Shown: one piece after another, positions 1-11,040 of the stretch
How the letters are laid out: each line of letters opens with the position of its first letter
Numbering within the stretch: position 1 is the first letter of the stretch
From: Perna viridis
Taxonomy: Eukaryota
Assembly (NCBI GenBank): GCA_037379345.1
Contig: CM074520.1
Span: forward strand, 11,449,488 to 11,513,487
Direction of reading: 5' to 3'
Length of the DNA stretch: 64,000 nucleotides
The notes under the pieces: generated by a model
Database searches by the model: none
Seen by the model: only the letters and a program-made list of their open reading frames with translations
Told to the model about the DNA's origin: nothing
Position numbers and translations under genes: made by a program

Positions 1-1157
1 CGTCTACCTCTGATAATAAACATTGGATATAAAACGTTTTGCAGACAAAAACAATGTTGTTTTGGGCTTGGTCTGCTGGTACGACAACATATTTGTCATG
101 TATAGTAGAAAACTGATGTAGCCTTGGCACTCATTGGCCTATTTAAAACTTTCATTCGTTTCAAAATTAAACACCTTACGGCCTTTAACCACTCTGACAG
201 AGAATCAATGTTCTCGTTTTATCCATTTCCTTCCATAGTCCTCGGCGGCATCCATAAGAACTTTAAAGTTATAATTCCAATTTATGGAGCGTGGTTCACG
301 GTACTTGGGATCTTTAGAGAGGATATTACGCAGAGATTCGTTTTCGATAATGGTTAAATCTCCGGTAACGACGTGACCATAAAGACCATATTTGAATGGA
401 GAGGTTTTGCAAGAACAGTCAGGTGGTTTAGCCTTGAAGTCCTCAATCCCAAGGTTCTACAATAGCCTTTTATAATTGAAAATTTTGGATGCGATGGGTG
501 AAGTATAGAAATATGAAATAATTGGTATGGATTTTTCTTTGAAATATGGGGGGAATTTTGTTGGTAACGTTTTTGTAATGGTGGATGTTAGCCAAATTAA
601 TTGCATCTATACCTTTGTTGACAAACGGTAGTGGAAGAAATGATCGTTTTTCTTCATCTTGACTTTTCACACAAACTGTTTAAAGAGTCTGTGGAAACCA
701 ATATCCAAAATGATGGCAACAAGTCTGTAATAATGATGAGGTGGGGTCAGAAACAGGAGTGTCAAGACTTGTTTTGTAAAGGGAGTGTATTAGAGTCTGA
801 GGTATAGAATAGAGTTTGGTTCTAATGTGATGAAGTCCAAGAGGTTTTTGTATGAAAGGAAGGAGACCATCTATGGAGACATCACGTAACTTAGGTGACG
901 TATAGTGGCGATGGCCATGACTCCTTTCCCGTCTTGGATTTTTGTCAAATAAATTCATCACATTTATGCTATTGTTATATTGGCTTGAAAGGTTTCCTAC
1001 ACTTTTGATGTTATCATTGCATCTGTAAGGTATTGCAGTACCTAGTCTGCGTATCCAGTACTCCTCTCTTTCCCTACGATAGTTTTTACTTAGAAGGGAC
1101 TGTTCGTAGGATGGTAATTTTTTTTCTAAAATACGAACTTTCATGGAGAGGATGAAG
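1..1157 (-). mobile_element. Decayed Penelope-like retroelement with N-terminal GIY-YIG endonuclease (Naiad-like domain order); runs off the window edge
   Basis: Minus-strand translation gives, in order: the end of a GIY-YIG domain (MKVRILEK...REREEYWIRRLGTAIPYRCND), a linker (ASKIFNYK...PPDCSCKTSPFKYGLYGHVVTGDL...KDPKYREP), and the start of RT (HDKYVVVPADQAQNNIVFVCK). Contains frameshifts and one TAG. Confidence 0.85.
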
Positions 1158-1460
1158 AAAATGTTCTAGAACGAAATCTTCAACAAGAAGTGCATGCACC
1201 GGACGGTAATTTAGAAATTAACAACACAAACGCAATAGAAAATAAAGTCGCTAACATCTACTTCCATATCAGCTTATTCTATAGGGTACGTCTGTCACAC
1301 GTAATCCAACGAAAAACTTTATGATTCAACAGTTATGACTTAAACGATTCCAAAATACAATTAATGACTTTTTAATAGGCAGGTGTGTTTTCTTTTGATG
1401 AAAGAACACTCATTCTGTTTAAATATTTTTGATTGTAAAGCTAGTTCCTTCTTCGATATA

Positions 1461-3369
1461 TCTATACTACTAAATGAAGAGTCCGATTTATTTGAGTCGC
1501 AACTCCTTGAAAACCATACAAAATCGAATATATTTCTGATATGAGGTTTTAATGTAGTGTTGTGTACTTCCTAAATTTGTCTTTGAAACAATCTTTTTCC
1601 TACCAAAAACGCAAATTTTTGGCGACCGTCATTGGTCCGTGTGTTATAATACGCTTTCGACACATGCTCAATCGACGTGCTGTCCGCATTATGTGTACAC
1701 GTGTTACAAGAGTATTGTACGTTTATTATTTTAATTAAACGACATTCATCATTTTCCTGAGGTGCAAATCTGTCCAATCATGGAAAGGCGCAGAACGTGA
1801 CGAAATAAACCTTCCCCCTTCTATGTTTAATCATCTGCACCTGCAGTCCGTGCCCTTCCCCCTTTTATGTGTAAACTAGCATGACTGGTAAACCCCCTAC
1901 CAGTTGTTTTGAATAAAATATTGAATTATTTAAAACATAAGGATGTATTATGCACCTTTTAAATGGGTGGAACAGAACTTTCAGAAAATTAAAGGGAATT
2001 TAACCAAGTTCCTCTTTCTTCCCACCCCATCCCATCCCACCCCCCACAAAATATGTAGTACCAAGTCCTAAAAACTTATAGTATACACGTAGTTGTCTTT
2101 CTTTTATTACATTGTATGATAAAAAAGTTCTGTTCGATCTCAATACACAGTTTGCAGTCTTAATTTATATTATGCATACAAATTCAGTTGGGTGTCAGAG
2201 GTTTTCAATTGATAAACACAAATTTGTACAGTTAAGCACAAAAATACATGCAAGTTCGATTTTGAGTTAGATAAAGACATATTTTTTCGAGTTAGCTAGA
2301 GACCACTTTGATAACCTACTTGAAAGCATTATTGGGTGTATTTCTTTGACAACTAACAAGACATTTCGCAGAAATATAAGACAAAATGCTGAAAAGACCC
2401 TTTTCAATTTTTCTCGCAAATTCAACCATTAACAATTGCGAGCGAACAAGTCCCAGTTTGGCGGTTGATCACATATGTGTGTAAACATTACGGAGTGAAT
2501 ATGCATCTGAAAAAACTCATACGATACATTCCAAATAACCGGTAACAAGGAACGGGACTGTAATGCCTCTTGATGTTGTATGAGGGTCTTCAACAATGAA
2601 AAAACGTTAATTCTTTCAAACCAGACCAAGAAGGCCCCCTATATATACATTAACAGAATTCTTGATAAAATAAAAATCAAGGTTACGCTTTTGCTGCCCA
2701 CTGGCCAGGAGAGGTTAACCAGCTAAAGGCACCAGGGTTACATGTAGGGCTGCTAAACTTGAATTATTCGATCGCTGCAAAAATGTCGTTAATGCAATGC
2801 ATGTCTGGAGCAGTCATATTGTGTATTGCAAGCGAATTGTAAGGGTTTTTTTCCTCAACGAGCCATATCAACTTTTAAAGTCTTTTCTTGCGTTTGTCGG
2901 TGTCGTCATCGTCGTCATAAAACATCAGCCCCTCCCATACCGCTGGGTCAAATTAAACCTAGGACCAATAAAATAGCTTCTTAGTCTAAGATTAAACCAT
3001 TTTTTTTTCAGGATAGCGCATTGGCATAAGACATGAAATTTTGCTTAGGGACGCACAATTTAAATTCCAGAGTGCTTAGTATATTTCGATCCTGACGTTG
3101 GAGAAAAGATAATTTGGTAAGGAATAGTTAAAAATATGTAATGTGAATAAAAAAAGAAAGAAAATGATTCGCTTGCACGCGTTAGCAATGCACATATTTT
3201 TGCGTGTTGCGTACAAAAAGAAATTCTGAGTCAAAAGAAAACCAAATCCCTTAAAAATCCTCTTAAACCACTTAATCAATTTGAACAAAACCATACACAT
3301 TTGATGTATGATAGATGTTCGTAGATTCTTTACAACGATTACTCATTTTGTTTTAATTCGTCAAACTAG
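1461..3369 (+). mobile_element. Possible Helitron-type termini enclosing degraded repeats
   Basis: A|TCTATACTACTAAA at 1461 resembles a Helitron 5' end. An imperfect hairpin followed by CTAG|T at 3366-3370 resembles a 3' end. That the two ends belong to one element is unproven. Confidence 0.3.
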
Positions 3370-3819
3370 TACTGTGTCCACACTTTGCTCAATCGACCGC
3401 GTTTTCGGGGGCATCCTCTAGTTATACCTACATTATGTCAAATCATACCAGACTCGATGTATCTACAGATAATTTGGTTTCCGGTTTTCCCAATTCTTCT
3501 CAATACCAAATACTATGCCTTAACATCACTAAATTCAATTGAAAGATATCCACTATCATATTTTCACTACATATCACTTTCAATTTTCAGTGCTTTTCTA
3601 GATTTCCAAATCACTATTTTGACATAATGAATGAATTAACGCTTTTAACAAAATTTGACAAATATATTTGTATCACCCATTGCATATGTCGTAGATGCTT
3701 ACATGAACTTACAGTAAATATGTATCATGTAATCGTTATTTGGTTAACATTATGATATATTACCTGACATACTTTTTTAAAGTTTGATCCTAAAAACAAA
3801 AACATGTCTTCAACGTCAT

Positions 3820-4030
3820 AACGGTGTATCCCACTACCCTATGAGAACCGGTTTTGTCATCGTATCATAGTTTTCCTTTCTTCCTTCGTCTAATCCGGAC
3901 TTAAATTTTCATGAGCACTTTGGGGGGTATTTCTAGAAAAGCAGAAGACGCTTTGCCTATCGATACACCTGGTCCATGCTCACAGTTTTTAGTTGAATCA
4001 GAAATGCTCGAATCCTTTTGCTCTAGTGAT
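3820..4030 (+). mobile_element. 3' tail fragment of the PLE family also seen at 7450-8080
   Basis: Shares CATAGTTTTCCTTTC...GCAGA(A/G)GACGC...CACCTG...TGCTC..AGTTTTTAGT blocks with 7830-7945. Confidence 0.65.
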
Positions 4031-4263
4031 TTAATTAAATTCTTCCTATTTTGTATAGTGTCTTATTACAGAGTTTGTAAATATATTTAGTTTTATAGTT
4101 TTACACAATTTTCAAGATCTGCGCACAACGTGTGTCTATTATACAATGTTCAAGATCTTTAATAACTGTCAATACATTTTTCATACGTCGCAGGTATTCA
4201 CCTGATTAGGTATTGAGTTGTATTTACAGACCATTTACTCTCATACACACTCAGTTTATTTAA

Positions 4264-4302
4264 GGCACTGAAGAAGGTCGTTGGTTGACCGAAAATTGTG
4301 CT
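4264..4302 (+). ncRNA. Degenerate minimal type-I hammerhead-like motif in a PLE pseudo-LTR remnant (about 4050-4373)
   Basis: GGCA-CTGAAGA-A-GGTCG(TTGGT)TGACC-GAAA-ATTG-TGCT. Core boxes and stem II are intact. The cleavage position appears to be G, so it is probably inactive. Confidence 0.55.
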
Positions 4303-5671
4303 CATTATATGTTTTATTATAGTATATTAACATACTTTATTGGTATTGTTGTGCAATCTTTCAGACTTATATAATTATTTTGTTTGTCCTGCATCGCCGT
4401 GACTCGAAGATCCGATAACCGTTAAGTTTGCGGGTTGGCAGATTCCTGTAGACTTTATACATTTTTTTCAACTGCCTGTATGGTGTTATTACGCGATCCC
4501 AATAGACTTACAGTAAACTGTTGCGACTACCTTGCTTTAATGCATTTAACTAAAGTGTGTGTTTATTGTCTGAAATATTGTATTCGTATTACGCCGAGCA
4601 TTGCATACAAGGCTAACGTCCAGTCAACTGGAAAAGGTATCAGATAGGTCCGCTAGAATGGGTCAGGGCAGTAACTTTAAAGTGAATAAGTGAATGTGGC
4701 CATTCAATAGATTTAAATTAAAGTATGTAGTACTTAAACAAAGACGAAAATTTTATCCAGTAAGTTTAATCATTATATTTAATGGACAACCGTTTTATCT
4801 TTCCTATCTCGCCGCTTTCAGCTATTGCCCCTTTTGCCCATGACTTAACAATGCTCAGTTGTAGGCTATGCCTAACTCATTTAGCTTTCCAGGATGTGTG
4901 CAATTCCTGTTAATATATCATTTAGACTTGTCATATTTTATGTGCCAAAACTGATTTTATGAAACCAGATGACATCTTAAAATATTTGCGTTATGGCATG
5001 AACAAAAAACATAAGTTTTGATGAAGATCTACATACGCAATGTAGCAAACTGAATAAAACAGATTACACATAAAAATTCAAGACCAGAAAAACAAGATAT
5101 TTCACCACAAAATCAAAGCAATATAGCAATATGAACTCCAACAAAAAGCCAAAAGAGGTATCAGGATCCCCGAAGAGGTAAGCATGTCATCCATTAATAG
5201 TCTAGTAAAAATTATGCAGCATTCCGACACGAGTTACAGAGTGGTTTCTGTAAATTGATTGATTATAAAGCATAAGTATTATTGCATTTTTAAAGTCTAC
5301 TTTCAACCAATCTTTCATTTTGGAACTACTTGTCTAGGTGGCTTAGTTTAGTTTTATTTACATGGCGGTATATATAGACGAACAACTTGCACTGTCAGTT
5401 TGTCGGTTCAATTTCCTTGTATTTCCAAGACCAGCATCAATAAGATCAACTAGATTGTGTTTCCATAGAACTATATTTAATTGCAGGTCAATGGTTTTAC
5501 CGACTTCAATTTATGTACACAGAAAATATTGAAGTGTGTTAAATTCTAAATATTAAAAAGCTAGAATCACATACAGACCTTACTCTAAAATATTGCTCAT
5601 CCAAACATTTAGTCATCTGATAGTATTAAACATTGGAATCAGTCAGTACTTTGAAGTGTTCATTTATATAT

Positions 5672-5813
5672 ACAATAACACTGCACTGACTTGACATAAA
5701 AGTGATATACATATGAGGTTTAAACCCGCGGGAAAATGCAAGACTGTGCGGAAAATTTTCACCGGTTCGAGTCGAACTCGTAAGTTTTTGTCAAGTCAGT
5801 GCACTGTTGTTGT
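5672..5813. mobile_element. Palindromic non-autonomous DNA element (Crypton/MITE-like)
   Basis: 29-bp inverted arms at 5672-5700 and 5785-5813 (26/29 match), with weaker inner complementarity. Confidence 0.6.
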
Positions 5814-6169
5814 TTTTACACTGCATCAAAAATTTCAAATGAAAATGACACTTTAAGCAAGGAAATAACAATTTTTATTTGAAACGGGCGTCATCCTGGC
5901 AAATTCAAACCAATTGAGCGTTTGTGTCGTCGTAACAGAAAAGGTATTGTGGGTCTACTTATCTACAAGTATTTCTCTCCCGCTGCTTAATGGCACAACT
6001 TGAGACGCTCTCGACTGAAAGAGTTGCTTTAAAGTATCAAAAAATAACCTGTTTCTCTTTTTAAGGTATACCTTTAGGACCTCATTATGTATTAATCGTT
6101 TTGTGGATTTGGTATATTTAAGGGATCGGATATTATCAGTAAAAACTTGTCGAGTAAACTGTTAGAGAC

Positions 6170-6365
6170 ATGCAGAGGACGCATACCCTACCAGTGCACC
6201 CTGGCCATGCTCCTAGTTTTTAGTTGAGTGCCGGTTGCTAATTTACTTTTATTTTTTTTACGAAGTTGATGTTCTTCGTTTTGTCTGTATATGTTTTTTG
6301 TATAGTCGCTATCTTTGGATCATGACCTTTTTATTACCGTTCGAATCATAGTTCCATTTATTTTC
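6170..6365 (+). mobile_element. 3' tail fragment of the same PLE family
   Basis: GCAGAGGACGCATACCCTACCAGTGCACC...TGCTCCTAGTTTTTAGTTGAG matches 7884-7945. Confidence 0.65.
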
Positions 6366-7449
6366 CTCTCATGGGATATTAATGTAATGGTATTATTATC
6401 TTGATCTGAACTTCTTATTCCATATCATCAAAATTAAATAAATGACTTTTCTAAATGATACTACATGTAATACGGCATATCTAGCAATTTTTTCCAATAT
6501 TTTTTTCAACACCTTTTACATCGAAACATCTCATTTGTTCTCTGGTTGGTTTTTATGTTTAATTTGACCATTATATTTAATTTTTTTCCCAATATTGTTT
6601 GTATATCCTACATTATCACAATTAATTAATCTGCAGCATTTTTTTTATTTCCAACTGGGTTGGTTGGTTTATATAATGCTGCTTCTCTCGTGTTTTACTA
6701 CGACAGAAAGGAAATAGTTGGAACGCTATTTTATTTCCGATCCCCGCAATTATACAGTATAAAATGGTAAAACAATTAAAATGTTTTCTCAACTAAAATT
6801 GAAATGGCCAGTTCTAATAGTATCAACAAATGCGTATACTGCATTGTTTATAATACAGCGGTTTAAGGAACGGACATTTGTTCCAAACCAAGAAGACAAT
6901 TAAACACTAAGAGGAATTATAGTTAAAAAATAAGGTGTTTTCCCTAACGTTGTCTTATGCAAAAGTTTACAACAAATACTTTTGTTCAAAACGCAAATTA
7001 ATAAATATTCAATCTGCTCCCCCGATTTCATATAGCAAAGCGTTTTTGTTGTTGTGTGTGTGTTTTTTTTTTCCACTAAAGGAAACAAAGTTCAAGTTTC
7101 AGTGTATTTCCAGCATTTGATAAAATGAATATATTTTAAATTAAAGTCTTTCCAGTTCTCTAAATTAGCTGCAGTCCTGTCATATAGTGATTGTAATACT
7201 ATGTCAAACATTGTTTTTGTCTGCAAAACATTTAACATCCAGTGCTTATGATCAGTGGTAGACGCAGAAAATAATAGCAGAAATAACACCTATACTGCCA
7301 CCACACTCTGACAGGTTGGCTTTATAGCTGATCTAATTCAAAGGAAGGAACATCGTTCAGCCAGATCCTAAGATCTCAGTTTCTGCTAAATAGATCATGT
7401 ATTATCGTTAAAAAAAAACTAGTTTAGGAGTTTTGTTCTGCGAATCTAC

Positions 7450-8080
7450 CACAACACCTTGAGATAAAAGACAGTACGGACACTGTAAAGTCAATTATAT
7501 CTTGACATACACTTAGAGATCGATAGTAAATGAAAATTATTGACCAAACTATACGCTAAAAGCGATGACTTTTCATTCATCTGTTGCAACATCCCTTCAG
7601 TACCTGCGTTTGGAGTTTCATATCACAAGTCATACATTATGCCAAAGCTTCCCATAACTACCCATAATTTTTGTATCGCGCTAGGCGTCTTACATTTAGG
7701 CTTCTAGAACAGGTTTAGATTGCTACAACGTTGAAGTCATCTCTACAGAAGTTATATGTTTGTCACCATGAACTCGTGGATCGTTAGCGTGTATCAATCT
7801 GCACCGTAAAACTGGTTTGTTCAACGTGTCATAGTTTTCCTTTCCTCGATCCTGGACTTGACTCGGCGGGTCTTTCTATAATAGCAGAGGACGCTGACCC
7901 TACCGGTGCACCTGCACAGTGCTCTTAGTTTTTAGTGGAGTCCAAGATGCTCCTCACTTTTTTGCTTTGTATGTATTATTTTAGTTATCATATGTTCTTT
8001 GTTGTATGGTTCTGTTTGCAATGCCTGGTCTTGTCCCTGGATTACATTTTTTTTTATTTCTGCTAGAATGTTGCTTATTC
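7450..8080 (+). mobile_element. Decayed C-terminal RT/thumb region and 3' UTR of a PLE with no downstream endonuclease (consistent with Naiad type)
   Basis: Broken frames give EIKDSTDTVKS, YLDIHLEID, TKLYAKSDDF, NIPSVPAFGV and LKSSLQKLYVCHHELVDR, followed by a non-coding tail that recurs elsewhere in the window. Confidence 0.75.
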
Positions 8081-9203
8081 TACAACAAAAATATAGAAGA
8101 CATTGTGAGAATTGTTTGGTTTTTTTATATAACAAAGCAAACAATAGAAATTTTAGTTTATTTCTGCTGTCATCCGCTAATCGAAATAAAAAAAAACCCA
8201 AGTTTTGGTGAGTGATATAATAATAATAATAATAATAAAAATATATTTCTTTTAAAATTTAACTTATAAGATCTGATGCACCAATGACATGTGTCGTCAA
8301 AATTGGATGTTGGTTCTAACAACGCAGACAAAATTGCCTTATTGGCCCCTTCTGAATAAATTTATTCAGATTAATGTAAGCAGCTTTAAAATAATTTGAA
8401 AATGCACAAAATTACTTTTGTATTGGTACTAATAAGGTTAGGTTCATATTTCCAATTAAAAAAACGGGATATTACAATCTTTGTCTCTCGTGAAAACATC
8501 ACTGGTATCGTATCCATTATGATTTCATCTTTCTAAAACGCTTTAACTGCACATATAGGAATGCGTATCTAGTTCCCATTCCTAGTACCGTTTTCAAAAT
8601 AATAATAGTGTAGCTTTTTTACTGATATAGGTACAGGTATAGGTTATTGGTCTATCTGCAAGGACACATATTTTTTTTTTAATTTAGGTGTAATGTGTCT
8701 ATGCAAGTGCCATTGTCATTGAAAATTGATATTTCTTTTGTACCTATTGACATAATAAGCTTGTTGGGATTTTGCAATAAGGGTTAATTATGATTGAACA
8801 TTGAAGATCCATTAATAATAGAAGTGTACATGTGTGTAGACTTAGAAATTAGAAGTCTATACTAATCTTGATTTTCCATACTGCGACATTTATGTTTAAT
8901 CCCTTAGGATGAAAGCCTTGATCTGTGTTCACACAAGATAGGACATGCATCAATTGTACAGCTGGTGTTTATGAAGTCGGTTATATTCACCTGTTTAGGT
9001 CGTGATTTGTGTTCACAGACCATTTACTGCGACGTTTGCATAATATTGATTTTTTGTGACATGCATCATAAATTTGGTCCTCTACCCTACACAATAGCAT
9101 CTAAATGTGCTGTCCCGTACTATCATACATCATGTACTCAGTTACATCCCTAGATTAATCCTACGAGGAGGAATGACCCGGCCAGCGAAAGCTATATTTT
9201 TAT

Positions 9204-9362
9204 ATAGCCTAGCTGGCCGATTGGTCTAGGGTGCTGGACTTTGTGCAGGCGGTGTTGCCATAGATGTCACAGCGGTACGAGTTCGAGTCCCGCGTTGGAA
9301 ACGACCAATAATTTGTATCGCAAATTTGACAGTTCTAACATCGTTGGGAAGTTATCAGATCT

Positions 9363-9365
<3 letters not shown>
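9204..9365 (+). mobile_element. tRNA-headed SINE-like element, copy 1
   Basis: A-box-like TGGCCGATTGG and B-box GTTCGAGTC. Roughly 85-90% identical by eye to the copy at 9505. Ends in (TA)n. Confidence 0.8.

Positions 9366-9407
<42 letters not shown>
9366..9407. repeat. (TA)21 microsatellite
   Basis: Direct reading. Confidence 0.95.
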
Positions 9408-9408
<1 letters not shown>

Positions 9409-9472
9409 CGTCTCAGAATGTGACGACTCTATTTGCTACACTGCTCCATCGGATCAAATTGATACAGGGAAG

Positions 9473-9661
9473 ATATATAAACGTAACGAAAGGTCTGAAA
9501 AATTATAGCCTAGCTGGCCGAGTGGCCTAGGGCGCTGGACTTTATGCAGGCGGTGTTGCCATAGATGTCACAGCAGTACGAGTTCGAGTCCCGCGGAGGG
9601 AACAACAAAAAGTTTGCATCGCAAATTTGACAGTTCTAACATCGTTGGGAATTTTTCAGTC

Positions 9662-9665
<4 letters not shown>
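9473..9665 (+). mobile_element. tRNA-headed SINE-like element, copy 2, with 16-bp inverted terminal segments
   Basis: A box TGGCCGAGTGG at 9515-9525 and B box GTTCGAGTC at 9582-9590, in a tRNA-Leu/Ser-like 5' half. AAAGGTCTGAAAAATT (9489-9504) is the reverse complement of 9650-9665 at 15/16. Confidence 0.8.

Positions 9666-9700
<35 letters not shown>
9665..9700. repeat. (TA)18 microsatellite shared by the SINE-like element and the PLE
   Basis: Direct reading. Confidence 0.95.
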
Positions 9701-9701
<1 letters not shown>

Positions 9702-9703
<2 letters not shown>

Positions 9704-10468
9704 GACAAGAAAAATCCAACACGATTAGATTTTCACGATATATTTATGTATTCACATCACTAGCGCTTTCATGGCTGCTGCCAATCTTCAGGTGACATTA
9801 CATAACGACAACGTAGTTAATGGTAACGTTCTACATATAGTGACGTTAAAATAGTATAAGGGGAGTTAAACATTAACGTCAAAAATGTTAAAATAAAAGA
9901 GAGAAATAAGAGGACATGAAAAATGTTAACGTCCATTCAATTTCGATTTAAATTTACGAATAAACATCATTTCTTTGGTTTCACGTAAATCTTTATCGTT
10001 GTCTCTCAGTTTGTAAAATGGGAAAATTTTAAATCGTCCATCGCTGCATTTATCTAAATACTCACTGACGGGACAAAATCTGTAATTTGGATCTCGGACC
10101 TGTTGTCGATGGACTCTCGTTCGATCAATGACCCTGTCGCCTGTTTCACATTTGCTACATTTTATGCAATAAATTAAATTTGCAGTTTTACAGTTCATGT
10201 CCTCGTTTGCGTAAATAGTGGTTTCATCCCTTGTAGGGATCGAATGTCCTTCGTGTATGTAGTCGCAATTGTTGCAACGTTTGTCCTTGCATTTCGATAC
10301 AGTGAAGCGTTTTTCGGCAGGGTCGAAACGGGCACTTGCAAGTATTGGTTTAAGGTTTTTCGGTTGACGTTTGCTTTGTATTATTTTTTCTTTGTTGATA
10401 TGGACTTTTCGCGATTCGCTTTGTGCTATAATTGGTAAGTTTGCTCTTGCTATTTCAAAAATATTCGG
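9702..10468 (-). mobile_element. 3' part of a Neptune-like Penelope element: linker, C-terminal GIY-YIG endonuclease and pseudo-LTR
   Basis: Stop-free frame 10468-9926 reads PNIF...SKRQPKNLK..L, then KCKDKRCNNC (Cys linker typical of Neptune), then NCKTANLIYCIKCSKC-ETG..R..VH...RETKEMMFIRKF..KLN. The YIG segment is deleted in frame. The 3' end abuts (TA)n. Confidence 0.9.
9754..9798 (-). ncRNA. Minimal type-I hammerhead ribozyme in the PLE pseudo-LTR
   Basis: Minus strand reads ATGTCAC-CTGAAGA-T-TGGC(AGCA)GCCA-T-GAAA-GCGC-TA-GTGATGT: stem I, CUGANGA box, stem II, GAAA, palindromic stem III AGCGCT and a CUA cleavage triplet. Confidence 0.85.
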
Positions 10469-10665
10469 GATGATGTGGACTTTTTATCTCATCTACCTAG
10501 AACAGTCAGGGAAGAGGCAATAATGGTTAGCTTCGACGTTATCAGCCTATACACAAATATACCCCATAACCTAGGTATTAATGCCGTAAAATATTGGATA
10601 GAAAAGCATCCTGAAGCAATTGATAATCGTTTTACCGCTGACTTAATATTGGAATCAGTTAGTTT
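10463..10665 (+). mobile_element. Inverted PLE reverse-transcriptase fragment
   Basis: IRDDVDFLSHLP...MVSFDVISLYTNIPHNLGINAVKYW is the PLE RT motif A region, in opposite orientation to the adjacent endonuclease part. Confidence 0.9.
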
Positions 10666-11040
10666 GGAAGATTGAAGATTGAAGACTGAAGATTGGCAGC
10701 AGGGAAGTAGATAATACGATGTATTCAATATTGGAACCAGCCAATGCCTCGTCAACAAGCATTTCTTGGCTACGTACCTTGCAGGACCAGGAATCTGAAA
10801 ATGAGTGTTTTGCCTCTAAACTGTGTATAACCAACTGCAATATCAAAATCAGAAATTTGAGTTGTCCTGTGTCAAGGTCCCTAAGCATATTACCATGCTT
10901 TTCAGTGTGAGTATTGATGTTTAAAATCATAATGGAATCACCTGAGACACTCACGTCTGAAAGAGCTGCTTTTAAAACTATTGAAAGAAAAATCCTGGCT
11001 TTTTTATCTTTTGCTCTAAATAAAGTTAAGGAATCCTTAT

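Noticed and set aside
1-700. Selenocysteine recoding as reported for some Naiad elements
   Set aside because: The in-frame stop seen is TAG and the linker cysteines are ordinary codons. Frameshifts indicate decay.
9155-9200. Third hammerhead (…GAGGAGG…GAAAGCTA)
   Set aside because: Lacks the CUGANGA box and convincing stems.
9326-9508. 60-aa ORF with a YI repeat
   Set aside because: Translation of the (TA)n microsatellite.
9207-9600. Functional tRNA-Leu/Ser genes
   Set aside because: A and B boxes are present, but there is no closing acceptor stem, the T stem is decayed, and both copies share a non-tRNA 3' body ending in (TA)n.
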